Notes under the pieces: model-generated
Databases searched by the model: none
What the model was told of the DNA's origin: nothing
The model's input: the letters and a program-made list of their open reading frames with translations, nothing else
Program-made: the position numbers and the translations under genes
NCBI RefSeq assembly: GCF_009914755.1
Contig: NC_060926.1
DNA from: the human T2T-CHM13v2.0 reference genome, Homo sapiens
Strand: one strand, 5' to 3'
DNA length: 64,000 bases
In this document: positions 25,868 through 39,840 of the stretch, piece by piece
How the letters are laid out: each line of letters starts with the position of its first letter
Numbering within the stretch: position 1 is the stretch's first letter

Positions 25868-27173
25868 GACCCTGAGCAAACATCTCAGCCTAGTGTTTCT
25901 TGGTTCCCCATGGTCATCACTACATGCAGTCTGGCCTCACCATTACAGTGACCCATATCATGCACTTAACCGTTTGGTTTAGAATGGGAGTGTGGGCACA
26001 GATAACTCCTGGTCTGTTTGGGGTCCTACCCTGGGACTGAGGTGAACACAGAGGGATTGTTAGGTATTAGAGACATGCATAACTGGGGAGAGTTTATGAC
26101 AGTGGAGTTAAAGGGAGAATCCAAGCTTACTCAAGAGGGGAGGCAAGGTTATGTTCTGATGGAAAAGTCTCACCAGAAACCTGTGGGGTTAGGGGAGGTT
26201 TAGACTCTGGTTCACGGATAGGTTGGAGTAGGTGGTTTAGGATCAAAGCTGTGAATAATGAGAGGATATTAGAGCCCTATTTTTGTATAAACTTAAAGGG
26301 CCTGGGCAAGGCCAACTTAAATCTCTGGTCTGTGATACTTGATTATATCATCTTGGTTGATTTTCTGTCAGATGGAACCTGTGTATTGAAGTGTCCAGTA
26401 TGAAGAACATTTGTAGCTTCTCAACATCTTCCCACATCTTCATCTTGTTATTTTGCATTGAATCTGGAACTCTTACACATATCGACCAGCACCGAAGTAA
26501 GCAAAGCAAAAACATATTAGTTGATACTTGTGAAATTCATATTTTCCAGGAAAGGAAAAAACCACTGTGACATATTATTTTAACATCAGAGAATTTCCAA
26601 CAAATAAAGGCCTCTCTTCTTCCTGGCAAAGCTACGGAAGTCACTAAAGGCTGCCAGCCTATGGCCACGTGGCACAATTAGCAGACCATGGCTCCTTGGC
26701 TTTGCCAAGCTTGGCAGAAGTGGTGTCCTGTGACATGTGAGGTCTGTCCTGCTGGGCAGCTTCCCCATTGATCTCGTCTTGGCTCCAAGAACTGGGAGGG
26801 ATGGAATCTCAGCCTTACAGAGCCTGCAAGTGTCAGGCTTGCATTTCCAGCAGCTGACAATTCTTGTTTTTGACAAGTTAAACGGTCTTCTTGGTGTATT
26901 GGTGGTTCACTGCAAATCATTAATGCAAGTTTGTCTGGAATAGAAAGTTCACGACATTGATTTGTTGAAATGAGGTAATAGAAATGCCAGATCGTCAGAT
27001 GGGTGAGTCTCTTTAGGGCCAGCAAAAATGCTCACCCTGGGCTCAAGAAAGGGAGAATATTGAACTATGCTAAGTGGGACCTGCCCCCGCCCCCGCCCCC
27101 TCCCCTCCCCCGGCCTCAAAGGCAATCAGTGGCAGCTGAATCTGGACCAGCACACTCCTTCACTGAGACCTCG

Positions 27174-27665
27174 ATTATTCATTCCTCCAACATTTATTGG
27201 CCACCTACTATGTGGCAGGGACTATTCTAGATGCTGGGGATATAGCAATGAATAATTAACATGGTCATTTTTCTTGTGGCTCTTTCATTCTGGTTATGGG
27301 AAGGCAATGGACACATGATATATACCATAAAGAACATTAAATAGGTTAATGAGATAGAGAAGGTGGTGGAGGGCTGTCTTAGGGCTTGTTAGGAAAGGAC
27401 ATTAATTCCAAGGAGGTGACATTGAAGCTGAGACCTGAATCATGAGGAAGAAGCAGCCCATGAAGATCTAGGAAAAGAGCAACTAGTGCCAATGGAAGAG
27501 CAGCACAAACGCCCTGAAACTTGCCCTAGTTGTGTTTGGGGGAAGAGCTGTGCGCCTGGAGCAATGTGAGCAAAGGATCGAGTGGAAGGAGCTGAGGTCA
27601 GCAGAAAGTCTGCTCAGGTGGCGCCTTATGGGCAAAGTAAGAAATTTAGATTTTATTCTAATTGC
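27174..27665 (-). mobile_element. L2 (L2a-like) 3' region
   Basis: attcattcctccaacatttattggccacctactatgtggcagg...gaggtgacattgaagctgagacctgaat. Confidence 0.85.
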
Positions 27666-28079
27666 CTCTTTCAACCAACACCAATAAGGCACTGGGTTTA
27701 GAAAAGCAATGTTAATCATAACCTCATGCAGCCAGATGAATGTCCTTGTTGGTCACGTGTCCCAGGTGTACATCAGGTTCACACTAGAGAGTGGCCAAAT
27801 CAGTGTGCACACCCAGGCCTGTCTGCCTCCAGAGCGTGTGCCTTCCCAGCGCCTCTCTGACTTCCTTCCTACCTGATACTGAAGACGGGTTGTGTATTAC
27901 AGGGGACATGGTTCTGGAGGCACCATGTGGCATCCACTACCTGTGACCACATAACACTCTGAGACTCAGCATCTTCATCCCACAAAAAGGCCTCAGGTAA
28001 AGCTCAGCATAAAGCTCTCATCTGGGCATTACATGGGAGGAAAGATTTTATAGCCCAGGGGTAACAGGGTGAGAGAGGA

Positions 28080-28874
28080 TGTATTAGGGTTCTCTAGAGA
28101 AACAGAACCAATAGGGTATATCTATCTATATCTATATATCTATATCTATCTATAGACTGTGTCTCCACTCAAATCTCTTCTCAAATTGTAATCCCCATGT
28201 GTTGGAAGAGGGGCCTGGTGGGGTGTGATTAAATCATGGGGGAGACTTCCCCTTTGCTGTTCTTGTGATGGTGAGTTCTCATGAGATCTAATTGTTTGCA
28301 AGTGTGTGGCACTTCCCACTTCATGCTCTCTCTCCTGCTGCCATGTAAGACATGCCTTGCTTCCCCTTCACCATCTGCCATGATTGTAAGTTTTTATATG
28401 GAGATTCATTATAGGAGCTGCCTCACATGTTTATGGAAGCCAAGAGGTCCCATGATCTGCCATCTGCAAGCTGGAGAACCAGAAAAGTCAGTGATGTAAT
28501 TCAGTGTGGGTCCAAACGCCTGAGGACCAGGAGCTACTGGTGTGATTTCCATTCTGAGACTAAAGGCCCCAAACCCAGGAGATCTGACATCTGAAGCAGG
28601 AGAAGATGGATGTCCCAGCTCAAGAAGGGAGAGGGAGGGCTCACCTTTCCTCTGATTTTTTTCCTATCTGAGTCCCCTAAATGGATTAGATGACAGCTGC
28701 CCACATTGGTGGGCACACAATCTGCCCACACTGGGTAGATCTTTTTCACTCAGTCTATGAATTCAAGCACTATTCTCTTCCAGAAATACCCTCACAGACA
28801 CACCCAGATGTGTTGCATCAGCCATGTGGGTATCCCTTAGCCCAGTCAAGTTGACACATAAAATTTACACCACA
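28080..28874 (-). mobile_element. MLT2 solo LTR interrupted at its (TCTA)n tract by a THE1 fragment
   Basis: tgtattagggttctctagagaaacagaaccaatagg ... cccagtcaagttgacacataaaatttacaccaca. Confidence 0.88.
28155..28393 (+). mobile_element. THE1D-like internal LTR fragment, inverted copy of 24382-24621
   Basis: Its reverse complement aligns to 24382-24621 with about 17 differences in 240 bp. It lacks both LTR termini. Confidence 0.9.
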
Positions 28875-29074
28875 GTGGATTTCATCATAGTTCCAAAATA
28901 ACTGAAGTGCATTTTACGAGGAATAGTAAATCTTACCTATTTTCATTGGGGACAGAACAAGACAATAGGTTCCTTTAAGAAGAAGTTCTTGACTGGTGTC
29001 CATACACTTCTCAGGGATCCACAAAGGCAATCGTTGGGTACATAAGCTATTTTCCACATTTCAAAAATGTCTAA

Positions 29075-29690
29075 TGAAGCCACTTCAGCAGATTGGCAGA
29101 ATCTATCTACTAAAGCCAAATATGCATGTATCCCAGGGCCCAGCAATTCCTCTACTAGCTATGGATACTAGGTACAGAAATTCTTACATATATTCCCCAA
29201 GAGATATGTTCAAAATGTTCAAAGTAGTGCACTTGGAAATAGACAACACAGGGAAATTACCCAAATGCCCATCAACAGTAGAACTGATAGATGTAGTATA
29301 TTTATATAGTAGAATATGAACTAAGCACTGAGAATGAATGATCTTTAGCTATGTGTAACATGGATCTTAGCTGATGCTGAGTGCAAATAGCTAGACACAA
29401 AGAATATATACTGTAAGAATAATTTACACAAAGTCCCAAGACCGGGAAACCTACACTATACTGTTGGAAATCAGGATGGGCTTATCCTTATGGGAGCATA
29501 GTGTTTAGTGAGTGACAGGGAAGTTGAGGGTGCTGGTAATCCAAGGTGCTGATGATGGTCTGTTTCTTGATCTGGGTGCTGGTTATGTGGGTATGTTTGG
29601 TTTGTGAGGACGAATTGAGCAATACATTTTTTGGTATGCGTGCTTTCTGTAGTATGTTACGTTAATACTTCAATTAAAGTTTTAAAAATG
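29075..29690 (+). mobile_element. L1ME 3' end
   Basis: cccagcaattcctctactag...cccaaatgcccatcaacagtagaa...ttcttgatctgggtgctggttat...atacttcaattaaagtttt. Confidence 0.8.
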
Positions 29691-30799
29691 TGGAAAATTT
29701 AAAAATGGGAATTATGCTATGGCTATTGGTGATTTTTACTGCAAATGCAATTAAATGTAACTATTCATAATATATGATGGGAGAGGAAGTTAATAATTGC
29801 TGGAAAAACTGTTTGTAATGCTTTTAAAATGTGGGCTCAACCCAGGGCAGAGAATTATGAAAAATGTCCCTGGGGAACACACTTGTAAAAAGTTTCAGGG
29901 CCAGTAGGCTAAACTTTTAAAACAAATTGTCTCCCTTGTAGTGTGTTTGTTACCAAGGGTTTCCAGAGACATTTTGTGGCATTTTCATGAAAGATATAAG
30001 AGAATGTTATCATTCCAGGATGACTTAGATTTAGACCTTGCAAGACACAGGGAGGTGAGTTAATGCTTGCTTCCTGCGGACATTTTTAGATTGGCTTATT
30101 ATGAGTTTCCTGTTCAGTGAAAATGAGGTGAGAGGCCCTAGTTAACCTGGCCTTTTCCCCTTTGCCCCATCCAGAGAACTGCAGGTGGCCAGCTTTGTTT
30201 TCCAAGGCTCAGATACGACCTCCAGTCAATCAATAAGCAAGACCTTGGGAAAGAGGAAGAATGGTTTGCTTGATTGAAAGTGAGTTTGTCATGTGTATCA
30301 ATAAGACAAAGTGCTTATGGTCTTCTAGTACTAGGCTTTACTCTCCTCTTGGCAACCAGACAACTTTCCACCATCTGCTAGCCACTTTTTGCCACTATCT
30401 TCCAGTCACCAGCCAATCCAGTCTCCTACCTGCTGTGTGCCTCTGTGGGGGGAGTCAGGGAGTCCTCAACACTAATCTAATTCATCTCGATTTTTACAGA
30501 AACTTTGCCAGAGCAGGGTTTGCTGCAGTTGGTGGTAAGGAAGTGAGAAACTGCTACCACTTATTACCTTGCTCCATTAAATTAGTTCATGAATTAGTTC
30601 AGACAATGACTTCAATCTGGGTGCCTGGAGGAGCTGAGGGTCAGCTGTCTCACCTGGAAGGACTTGGAAACCCACGTTCTAGACAGCAGGTGGAAGGGCC
30701 AGCAGCTAGAAGAAAGCTGTCTTCAGCAGGAGTTGTGTGACAGTGAGAACAGCTCATCAAGAGCCATGGCCTTGGACCCCAAGACTCAGCCAGAGGTGC

Positions 30800-31282
30800 A
30801 AGGTGGTGGAATGCCCTACCCAGCAGCCATTCTCATTCTTCCTCTTGAGCGTCCACTTCTCTTGGCCCAGGTGGTAAATCTGGATTAATTTAAGCCAAAC
30901 TTAGGAGTCCAGTTCTTCTTGACAATGACTGATTTAAGGAGGAGAATTTATCCCAAATCTAGCCAAGTAGAAGAGAGGGGAAATATACTGAGGGGTGTCT
31001 GGTAAATGTTTCTTCTTCTTTGTCATGCCTTGACGAGACTTCTGAAATGCTTGCAGCCATGCTGTAACTAAGAAGGCAGCAGGCCTGGGGATAAGCCGAT
31101 ATGTTTAGGTTGCTGAGGGGAAGATGGTAAGGGCCTGGATCCCTGAGGCCACTAGAGAGCCTTTGAAGTAAGTAATACCAGACTGAATTTCCATTATGGG
31201 AGCTAATACATTTTCTTTATCATTTAAGCCAGTTGAATTTGAGTATTTGGTTACTTGCAGCCTAAACCTCCCTAGTTAATCT
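30800..31282 (+). mobile_element. Old MLT1 (MLT1K-like) LTR
   Basis: ccattctcattcttcc...tttaagccagttgaatttgagtatttggttacttgcagcctaaa. Confidence 0.7.
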
Positions 31283-31539
31283 GAAGCTTCATCCCATTTT
31301 TTCCCATCTGCATACACATATTGTCAATTTCCAGCTAGAAAATCTTACTTGGATATATCCTGTAAGGCATTATTTTTCAGCCTAAAACATTTAAAATTTA
31401 ACTACTTGTTTTTTCCTCAAATATACCTCTCAAATTTTTACTGGAAATAATTAGAAATCTTTGACTTACCCTACTTTCAATCAGTTAATGCACCCTACAC
31501 ATACACAAAATTATACAATTTTAACAAGCATACAAAAAT

Positions 31540-31750
31540 TTAAATCTTTTATGAATGCTCTCTGTATGGCAGGCCTTGTGCTAGGAACTTTTATGTAGAT
31601 TTATATAAACTATTGCAAATTCTTAAAACAATACGGCAGAATAGATAATTTTATCCCCATTATGTATCTTAGGAAAATAAAGCTAGAGCTGTTAGGTAAC
31701 TTGCCCAAAGTCACACAGCTTGTCTTGGCTGAAAGGAGACTGGAATGTAG
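31540..31750 (-). mobile_element. MIR
   Basis: gttaggtaacttgcccaaagtcacacagct. Confidence 0.85.
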
Positions 31751-32950
31751 TACAGACATTCCCCCTTTGGGTGTTCCTCTTGTCTGGCCACCTCTTCCTG
31801 CAGACCTGTCTTTCATCTATATTTATGTTTCCTCTCCCACTATCAGTTTTCAGGTTTAGTCCTAAGTGTTTCGTGCCTGGACTATTGCAGTGGAAAAACC
31901 TTCTGGACTCTCTTGCCCTCAAACCTTAGCTGCACATTACTGCACTGACTTCCCCAAGATTTGGCTCATTCCACTTTCCCACGTTAACATCTTCAGTGAT
32001 TTATCATCAACTGTAGCAGCAGTAACAGTGGCAGGCAGGTAATATAAATATGTGAAGTCTGTTGAAGACACTACGCTCTAAACTGCTTATGTGGGGACCA
32101 AATGCCTCTTGAAACACTGGGCACTTTAAGTAATAAAGCGTAAGTTGGCTACTAGTTTGTAACCAAGTGCCCTGAAGACAAAATTCATTATTTTTCTCAC
32201 AGCATTCAAGGTTATCTAAAACTGAATCCCAAACTAATATCTCCCTTTTATCTCTTAGTCACCACCTCTCTGAAGCCTCTCATTTAGATACAAGGCTGAG
32301 TCCCTCCATACTCTAGATGGACTTGACTGCTATGCTCTTTCTCATGCCTTTGTCCCAGGAATTTTGTCCATTCATTCCTACCTACTCCTCGATGGTCACA
32401 ACCCAGCTCCAGTCCCTCTTCCTTGATAAAGCAATTCTGGGATCTCATAGAAGGGACTCTCAGGTGTGCAAGAGGCCTGCAAAGCCTGCAGGCCAGGCTC
32501 CTAGATGATCCTTGCTGGGCATTTGCTGGGCCTGAGTTTGAACACTTAGGTCACTACTCCCTAAGACAGCTTCTGCCACTACTGGGCTTCACTGGCTGTT
32601 CAAAGACCTGCTGTCAGTTAAGCCAAATGTTATTACCCTAATGTCTACCTTTTGACGTCAGGTGTGATAAGTCTACTTTTTCCTTTAAAATATTGAAAGA
32701 GCAATTGTATGTCTTCCATGTGTTCAGAATCCTCCGTATTCAAAACTCTCTCAAAGAGATAATTTTAGACAGACATATGAAGAGCTTCAGAAACAAATTA
32801 ATGAATTTATGGCAGGTTTTTATGTAGTACTGAATACATTAAAGGAGAATTACCAAATGCTTACTTTGGGAGGGGATGCCAAACTGGAGCTTGTAGGCAG
32901 CTTGGGTCCTTTCTCTGAAGGAATCATGTTCACTGTTTGACTACCTATGA

Positions 32951-33323
<373 letters not shown>

Positions 33324-35454
33324 TAGTATTAGCTCTTCCCCTCTATAAACCCACTCCCTTCTACTTCAGGGACAAGGTTGATGCAGCCGTTGATTTTAAA
33401 GATGTGTCCATTGTTGCATTTTATAAATATGAACAAACAGAAATACTCAGTTCATAATTTCTCCTTGAAATATTAATATGTTTGCAATTTCAGATAGACT
33501 TACTGGAATTTACAAGATCTACAATATAACAAAAAATGTTGCAGTAAGCCCCAAATAAATTGCATCTAAAGGACTTTGTTGAACTTGTTTATTCTTCCAA
33601 TTGAGTTGGCATAGATTTGGTGTATTGTATTACTGATTTTCTATTTGTAAAGGATTATGAGTTATATAGAATACATATTTTTAAACTGGGAAGAAACCCT
33701 CTAAATCTCTCTCATATCTTGCCTGTATTCTACAAGAGGATCAGATGCAGTGTTTGACTGTCCAAGTACATTCTAAAGCTCTCTAAGGAAGCATTTGGCT
33801 TTGAGCAATGAACAGGTGATCAGACCAAAGGGGACAAAAGTGAAGAGAAACACAAAGGTGGTATGGATTCACCATGCAGGAGCCATCCTTTGAAAAGCCT
33901 TCCCTGCACAGTGATAATATGTGTGTGTGCGTGCACGTGTGTGTGTGCTTGCACACACCTGTGTATGTGTATGAGGTGTTGGTATGGGGTGGAGTTGGGG
34001 ACTTGAGAGTGGGGTAGAGATTTTTCTGAAACTTCTGTCTGAGGGAACTGGAAAACTGTTTTCCTGATAGCATATTTAATCTAAATTTGTTAGGAAGCAG
34101 CCACAGTGAATTTTGGTATATTCATCCATGTCTCTACTGAATTTCCACAGCATTAATCATCTGTGGCACTTCCTTGGAAGTAACCTCCCCGCTCCTTGTG
34201 ATGCTGTGAGCTGTGTGTCATTGTGGGCCGCCTCACTGGGCTTCCCATGGCTGTCCATCAGCTGCCCAGGTAGAAGCCAAACCCCTCAGAGGGAGGGGCT
34301 ATGGTCCCGGCCCAAGTGTCCCTCATAAATCTTCACAGAGTGACAGCAGAGCATAGGTGTCCATAAGCATTTGTTGTCAGACCCACAGAGAACAGAAAGA
34401 ACCCTGAATAAAATGGAAGAATTGCCAGGTGGGCTCCTCAAGTTAAATCAGGCTATTACCAATATCATCACATCTCAGGGTTAAGGGGCTTTAAAGACCA
34501 TCTGTTTGAAAAGTCTCCCTCCCATTTAACTGAAAAATGTTTCCCTATGGCTTCTACCAGTTAGTCTGCAAAGAACAAAGCTTTCTATTTCTTAGACAGC
34601 CATTATGTTTCGTCTCATACATGTAACATGGGTAATGAGTATGTGTGAGTATGTGTGAGCACTTGGGCATGTGTGTGTGCCTGGTGGGCACATTATCTTA
34701 CCTGTAGTAAACAGTTGTAATAATGGACCATGCCAATCAGAAGGTCTACAAGTAATAAAAATTTTTACATTATAAATTTACTGTATAATTCATACATTTG
34801 AAAGAAGACTACAAAAAATAAGTAGATGTGGTTTTGCATTTAGTTAAGGTGAGATTTAGTTGTGATTTTTATTTGCATTTTCTCTTTCTCATATCTACTG
34901 GTATAAATTAAAATTATGGGCTTTTAAATAAAACTTTTTTAAATCTCAAAAATAATCTCACTGTTATCCTGAATTGATGATAGTATGTGGAACCCTGGCA
35001 AAGATTATTAAAGCAGACGGAACTCTGGCAGAAGGTTCTATTCTTTGGAGACCCCATCCCAGGAAAGGCCTCAGGCCAGGCAGTAATTTCTATTTCCTGT
35101 CTCTTGTCTTCACCTTCTGGGGACTCCCACGCAATCCAGCACCCCATCTGGACACCGAGATCCATAAGGATAGTTTATTGCCAGACCTCTGCTGAGCTAG
35201 AAACATTCTTCAGACAGTGCTCAATTCTCCAAAAGACATCCACAGTCTGCACATTTCAGCCTTGATTTCTGCATCAGATGTGAGCTGGGGCAAGAAAGGC
35301 TGTGAATTAAAAAGGAGCTATAACTTGCTCATCAGTGATAAGGAAGAGGAGGGCCTACTTCCCCTTCATTGGCCATTAATTAAAAATAGTAAGTTTATTT
35401 TTTTCTAAATACTTTCTTGTGTACTCCAGTTTTACAAAAATGAGCATACAGTCA

Positions 35455-35770
35455 TATTCCTTTATTCACTCTTCTACTAAGCATCTATTGAAATATTTAC
35501 AGTGAGCTAGGTGCTGTGCTAGGGTAAACAATGGGTAAAAAGTGCTTGCCTGCGGGGAGCTTATCATCTGTTGGAGCAGTTTATTTTATTGAATAACTAC
35601 TATGTGCCTGGCATTGCACCAAGTATTTTACTGACATGATCTCATTTAATCCTCATCATAATTTCATAGCATGGGAGTAATCATCCCCATTTAATAGATG
35701 AAGATTTTGAGGCTCAGAGAATATAAGCAACTTTACTAAAAGCTATTAAGTCGCAGGGACAGGGTTGGAG
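35455..35770 (-). mobile_element. L2 3' fragment followed by MIR
   Basis: ctaggtgctgtgctagggt...ggagcttatcatct, then actatgtgcctggcattg...atccccatttaatagatgaag...gaggctcagaga. Confidence 0.75.
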
Positions 35771-35774
35771 CCTG

Positions 35775-36123
35775 TGGTAAATAGTTTTTCCAGTTACCCA
35801 TGTTTAATGCCCCTTCCCTGTTTTGTTGACTTTGGGTGTGGGTCCGTGGCCAACTTTGACTAGTGAGAGGAGAGTGGAAGGGATGTCTTTTCTGAACAGA
35901 AGCTTGAAGATCGGTACACAGTTTGCCTTGTTCTCCGCTGTGATGACAATTCCAGGTGGAGGCTGCCCAGGTAACCTTAGTCCCAGAGTGAAGAAGACAT
36001 AGAGTACAGATACAGCCCACCCATAGCAGGCATGCGGAGGGCATGAAAAATCAACTGTTGCTGTTGTAAGTCACTGAAACTCTGGGGTTATGTTTTCTGC
36101 AGCCTGGCTGTCCGACTGGTGCA
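35775..36123 (+). mobile_element. MLT1I/J-like LTR
   Basis: tccaggtggaggctgc...gtcccagagtgaagaagacat...ctgttgtaagtcactgaaactctggggtt...gactggtgca. Confidence 0.7.
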
Positions 36124-36599
36124 GAACCTTTAAGCCATTATACCAGAATGCCTTCTTTTATATTATTTCTATAATTAGAAGTGAAAAAAAAACAGTTGAA
36201 ATTGGAGAAAACATTAATCTGGGCCAGATTTTTTGTTCTAAAAATGTTTACATGAATGATGATTTTTTTTCTTCTGCCTTATCTGCCACCCTTCTTCCAC
36301 TGTTAAAATCTTCTATATCCATGAGGATGACTATCTACAGGACTCATCCTGCCCCTTGCTGTTTTAATGCCTTAGTGGATACCTCTTCCTGCAGTGCTTA
36401 TAGCTGAATTCAGTTCCACAAGCACTTATTGAGCATCTTTTGGAATGTCTATTATCCCGCTTCTTCAAAGTCCCAAACTCCTACCCACTCCGTGCAGCCA
36501 TCCTGATGACCCCATACCTATATGATCTCTCTCGCTCTACCCTAGACTCTAATACCATTATTTGCCACACATTATATGTTCCCTTAAACTGTTTACTAT

Positions 36600-37182
36600 C
36601 ATTTTTGATTGGAATAAAATTCAAATAACACAAAATTCACCATTTAAAAGTGGACAATTCAGTGATTTTTAGTATATTTACAATGTTGTGCAACCATCAC
36701 TATTTAATGCCCCAAACTTTTCATTACTCACAAAGAAACTTCATTATCTACAAAGTAAGCACTCCATATTCTTTCCTCTCGGCAGGCCTTGGCATCCACT
36801 AATCTGTTTATTTTTCCTTTATGGATTTATCTCTTCTGGACATTTCACGTAAATAGAATTGTGCAGTATGTTGACTTTTGCATCTAGCTTCTTTTACTTA
36901 GGATATTTTCAAAGTTTGTCCAGTTGTGGCATGGATCACTATGTCACTTTTTTATGGTTGAATAACATTCCATTATTTAGATATACCACAGTTTGTTAAT
37001 CTATTCATCAGTTGATGGACATTTGGATTGTTTCCATATTTAGCTTTTGTGAATAGTGCTGTTGTGGGTGTGCAAGATTTTGTGTGGATATATGTTCTCA
37101 TTTCTCTTGAGGATATACCTAGGAGTAGAATTGTTGGGTCATATGGTAACTTTATCTATGGTAACTTTATCTTTTTGAGTTT
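36600..37182 (-). mobile_element. L1MB 3' fragment, with a 15-bp tandem duplication tatggtaactttatc at 37142-37171
   Basis: aaaattcaccatttaaaagtggacaattcagtgatttttagtatatttacaatgttgtgcaaccatcac; atacctaggagtagaattgttgggtcatatggtaac. Confidence 0.88.
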
Positions 37183-38309
37183 CTTTTTTTTGTTTGTTTT
37201 CTCTAAGACCCTGTGGGCTTCTAGCAGAAAGTTTTCCAACTCTATCTGTGCTGCTGCAGTACATACATTCATTCCTTTGACAAATGTGAGTCAAGGGCCT
37301 ATTTTGTGCCTGGTACTCCTCTGGGCATTTCTGCCAAATTGATTTTCATAGAATCCTAGCCTGTGATCTGAGAGGTCATTTGGTCCCTTTTCCCATCCAG
37401 TAGAAGAATCCTATATCCAAATCCTGTGGTCTTCGTATCAACTTTCATCCTTAAACCATAGGGCGTAGCTCCTTAAATGTAATTTTGGTTGCATTTTGTG
37501 ACTACAGAAACAATATATACTTATTGTGCAAAACTTCAAAGTATAAGAACATATTAAAAAAGAAGCAAAAATTATCTATAATTCTATAACCCACCACTAA
37601 CATATTGCTAAATTTCCTTTCAGACTTTTTGTCTGTCCAATAATGTAATTCATGTAATTGGGATCATCCTGTATTCAGATACCTCTTGTGCATGGCTTCA
37701 AACCCTCTCATCATCACCCCATATTATGAAAGCTTCCACCAGTCTCCCACAGGCGTCAGCCAACAGCACCTCACCTTGGGCAAGACCATTGTACCTCTTG
37801 CTTCTCTGACCTAATGGTGTCAGTGTGATGTGTCTAAGGGATCTGCTCAACATGTGCAATCTAAACCTTTGACCAAAGATAAGTGACCTTCTGTTCCTTG
37901 GGCTTCTCAGAAAGAGATGGAACAATCAGTTTCTCCCAATAGTCATCAATGGTGTGATACATCTTTCGATTTTCTCTCTCTCCTCCTCTGTTCAGTCCTC
38001 CTATTCCTCCCTTGCTTCCTGGAATCATCATCCCGAATAAATGACCCACACATCAAAGTTTGTTGCAGATGTTACTTTGGGAGTGGGGGAGAAACACGGA
38101 CTAAGGTATTGTATATGCAATTTCAGACACAGATTTAAACATTATGCCATGAGTTTAGAATATACACACAAATACATATATATGTATGTATACGTATTTA
38201 TAAATTTGAATAGTATGTGAATTGCTGTATAAGTGTATATAAATTTATATTCTTGTATATGTAAATTCAAATATGTATTTTAGGTATAAATATTTTTATA
38301 TATAATACA

Positions 38310-38500
38310 TTGGCATTCATCCCTCTTCCCTTCTATGATCTCCTATATCAGAGATTCTGGAAGCCTAGGACACCATTTCCCAGAATCCTTTGCCAGCAGG
38401 CATCTAATTTAGACTCTGCTGCTCATAAATGAATGGATGGCAGAAAGAAGCAGAAGGTAGTATTGTTTCTCTGGCACTGGTGGGCGAGTGTGTGGGCTTT
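38310..38500 (+). mobile_element. LTR33-like fragment
   Basis: ctggaagcctaggacaccatttcccagaatcctttgccagcagg. Confidence 0.55.
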
Positions 38501-38706
38501 ACATATGGTGAATGTGAATTTTTTGCAGTGGCTTCTTTAGATTCACATGCAGTTGTAAGGAATAATATAGAGAAATATTGTATACATTTTACATAGTTCC
38601 TCACAACAGTAATATTTTACAAGATAGTCATATGGTATTACAACTGAGATGCTGACATTGATACAATTCACTTATCCTATTCAGAATTCCTTGGTTTTAC
38701 TTGTAC

Positions 38707-38738
<32 letters not shown>
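38707..38738. repeat. (GT)n microsatellite
   Basis: gcgt(gt)n seen directly. Confidence 0.95.
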
Positions 38739-38740
<2 letters not shown>

Positions 38741-38759
38741 TTAGTTATATACAATTTAT

Positions 38760-39436
38760 TCACATTTTTACTGTGATATAATTCACAAAATATAAAATTC
38801 ACTAATTCAGAGTTCAATGGTTTTTAGTATATTCACAAAATTATCCAGCTTTCACTACTATCTAACTCTAGAATGTTTTCATTACCTCAGAGGGAAACTC
38901 TACCCTTAGCAGTCACTCTCTATCTCTCCCTCTAGCCCTAGGCAACCAGTAATCTACTTTCTTTCTCTAAGGATTTGTGTATTGTGGACACTTCATATAA
39001 ACAGAATGATATAATATGTGGTCTTTTGCAATTGGCTTCTTTCCCTTAGTATAATGTTTTCAAGGTTCATGTTGTAGCATGTATCAGTACCTCATTCTTC
39101 TTTATTGTAGATAATATTTTATGGTATGGACACTTTATCCATTCATCGGATGATGACATTTGAATTGTTTTCACTTTGGTAGTATTATAGATATGCTGCT
39201 ATAAAAACTGTGGAAACTTGATGTGCAAGTTTTTGTGTGGACATATGTTTTCATTTCACTTCTATATATACCTATGAGTGCCATTGTTCATCATATGGTA
39301 ACTCCATGTTAACATTAAATAACTTTTAAACTGTTTTCCAGAGTGATAGCACCGTTTTACATTCTTACTAGCAATGTTTGAGGGTTCCAGTTTTTCTACA
39401 ACCTGGCCAAAATTTGTAATCATCTGTCTTTTTTGA
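38760..39436 (-). mobile_element. L1MB 3' fragment nested in L1MC
   Basis: gatataattcacaaaatataaaattcac...gcagtcactctc...ctagccctaggcaaccagtaatctactttc. Degenerate TSD at 38742-59 / 39437-55. Confidence 0.8.
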
Positions 39437-39513
39437 TAGTTCTATATATTTTTATCAAATGTATAGGTCCATGTGTCCACCACCATAGTCAAGATACTGA
39501 ACAGTTTCATTAA

Positions 39514-39840
<327 letters not shown>

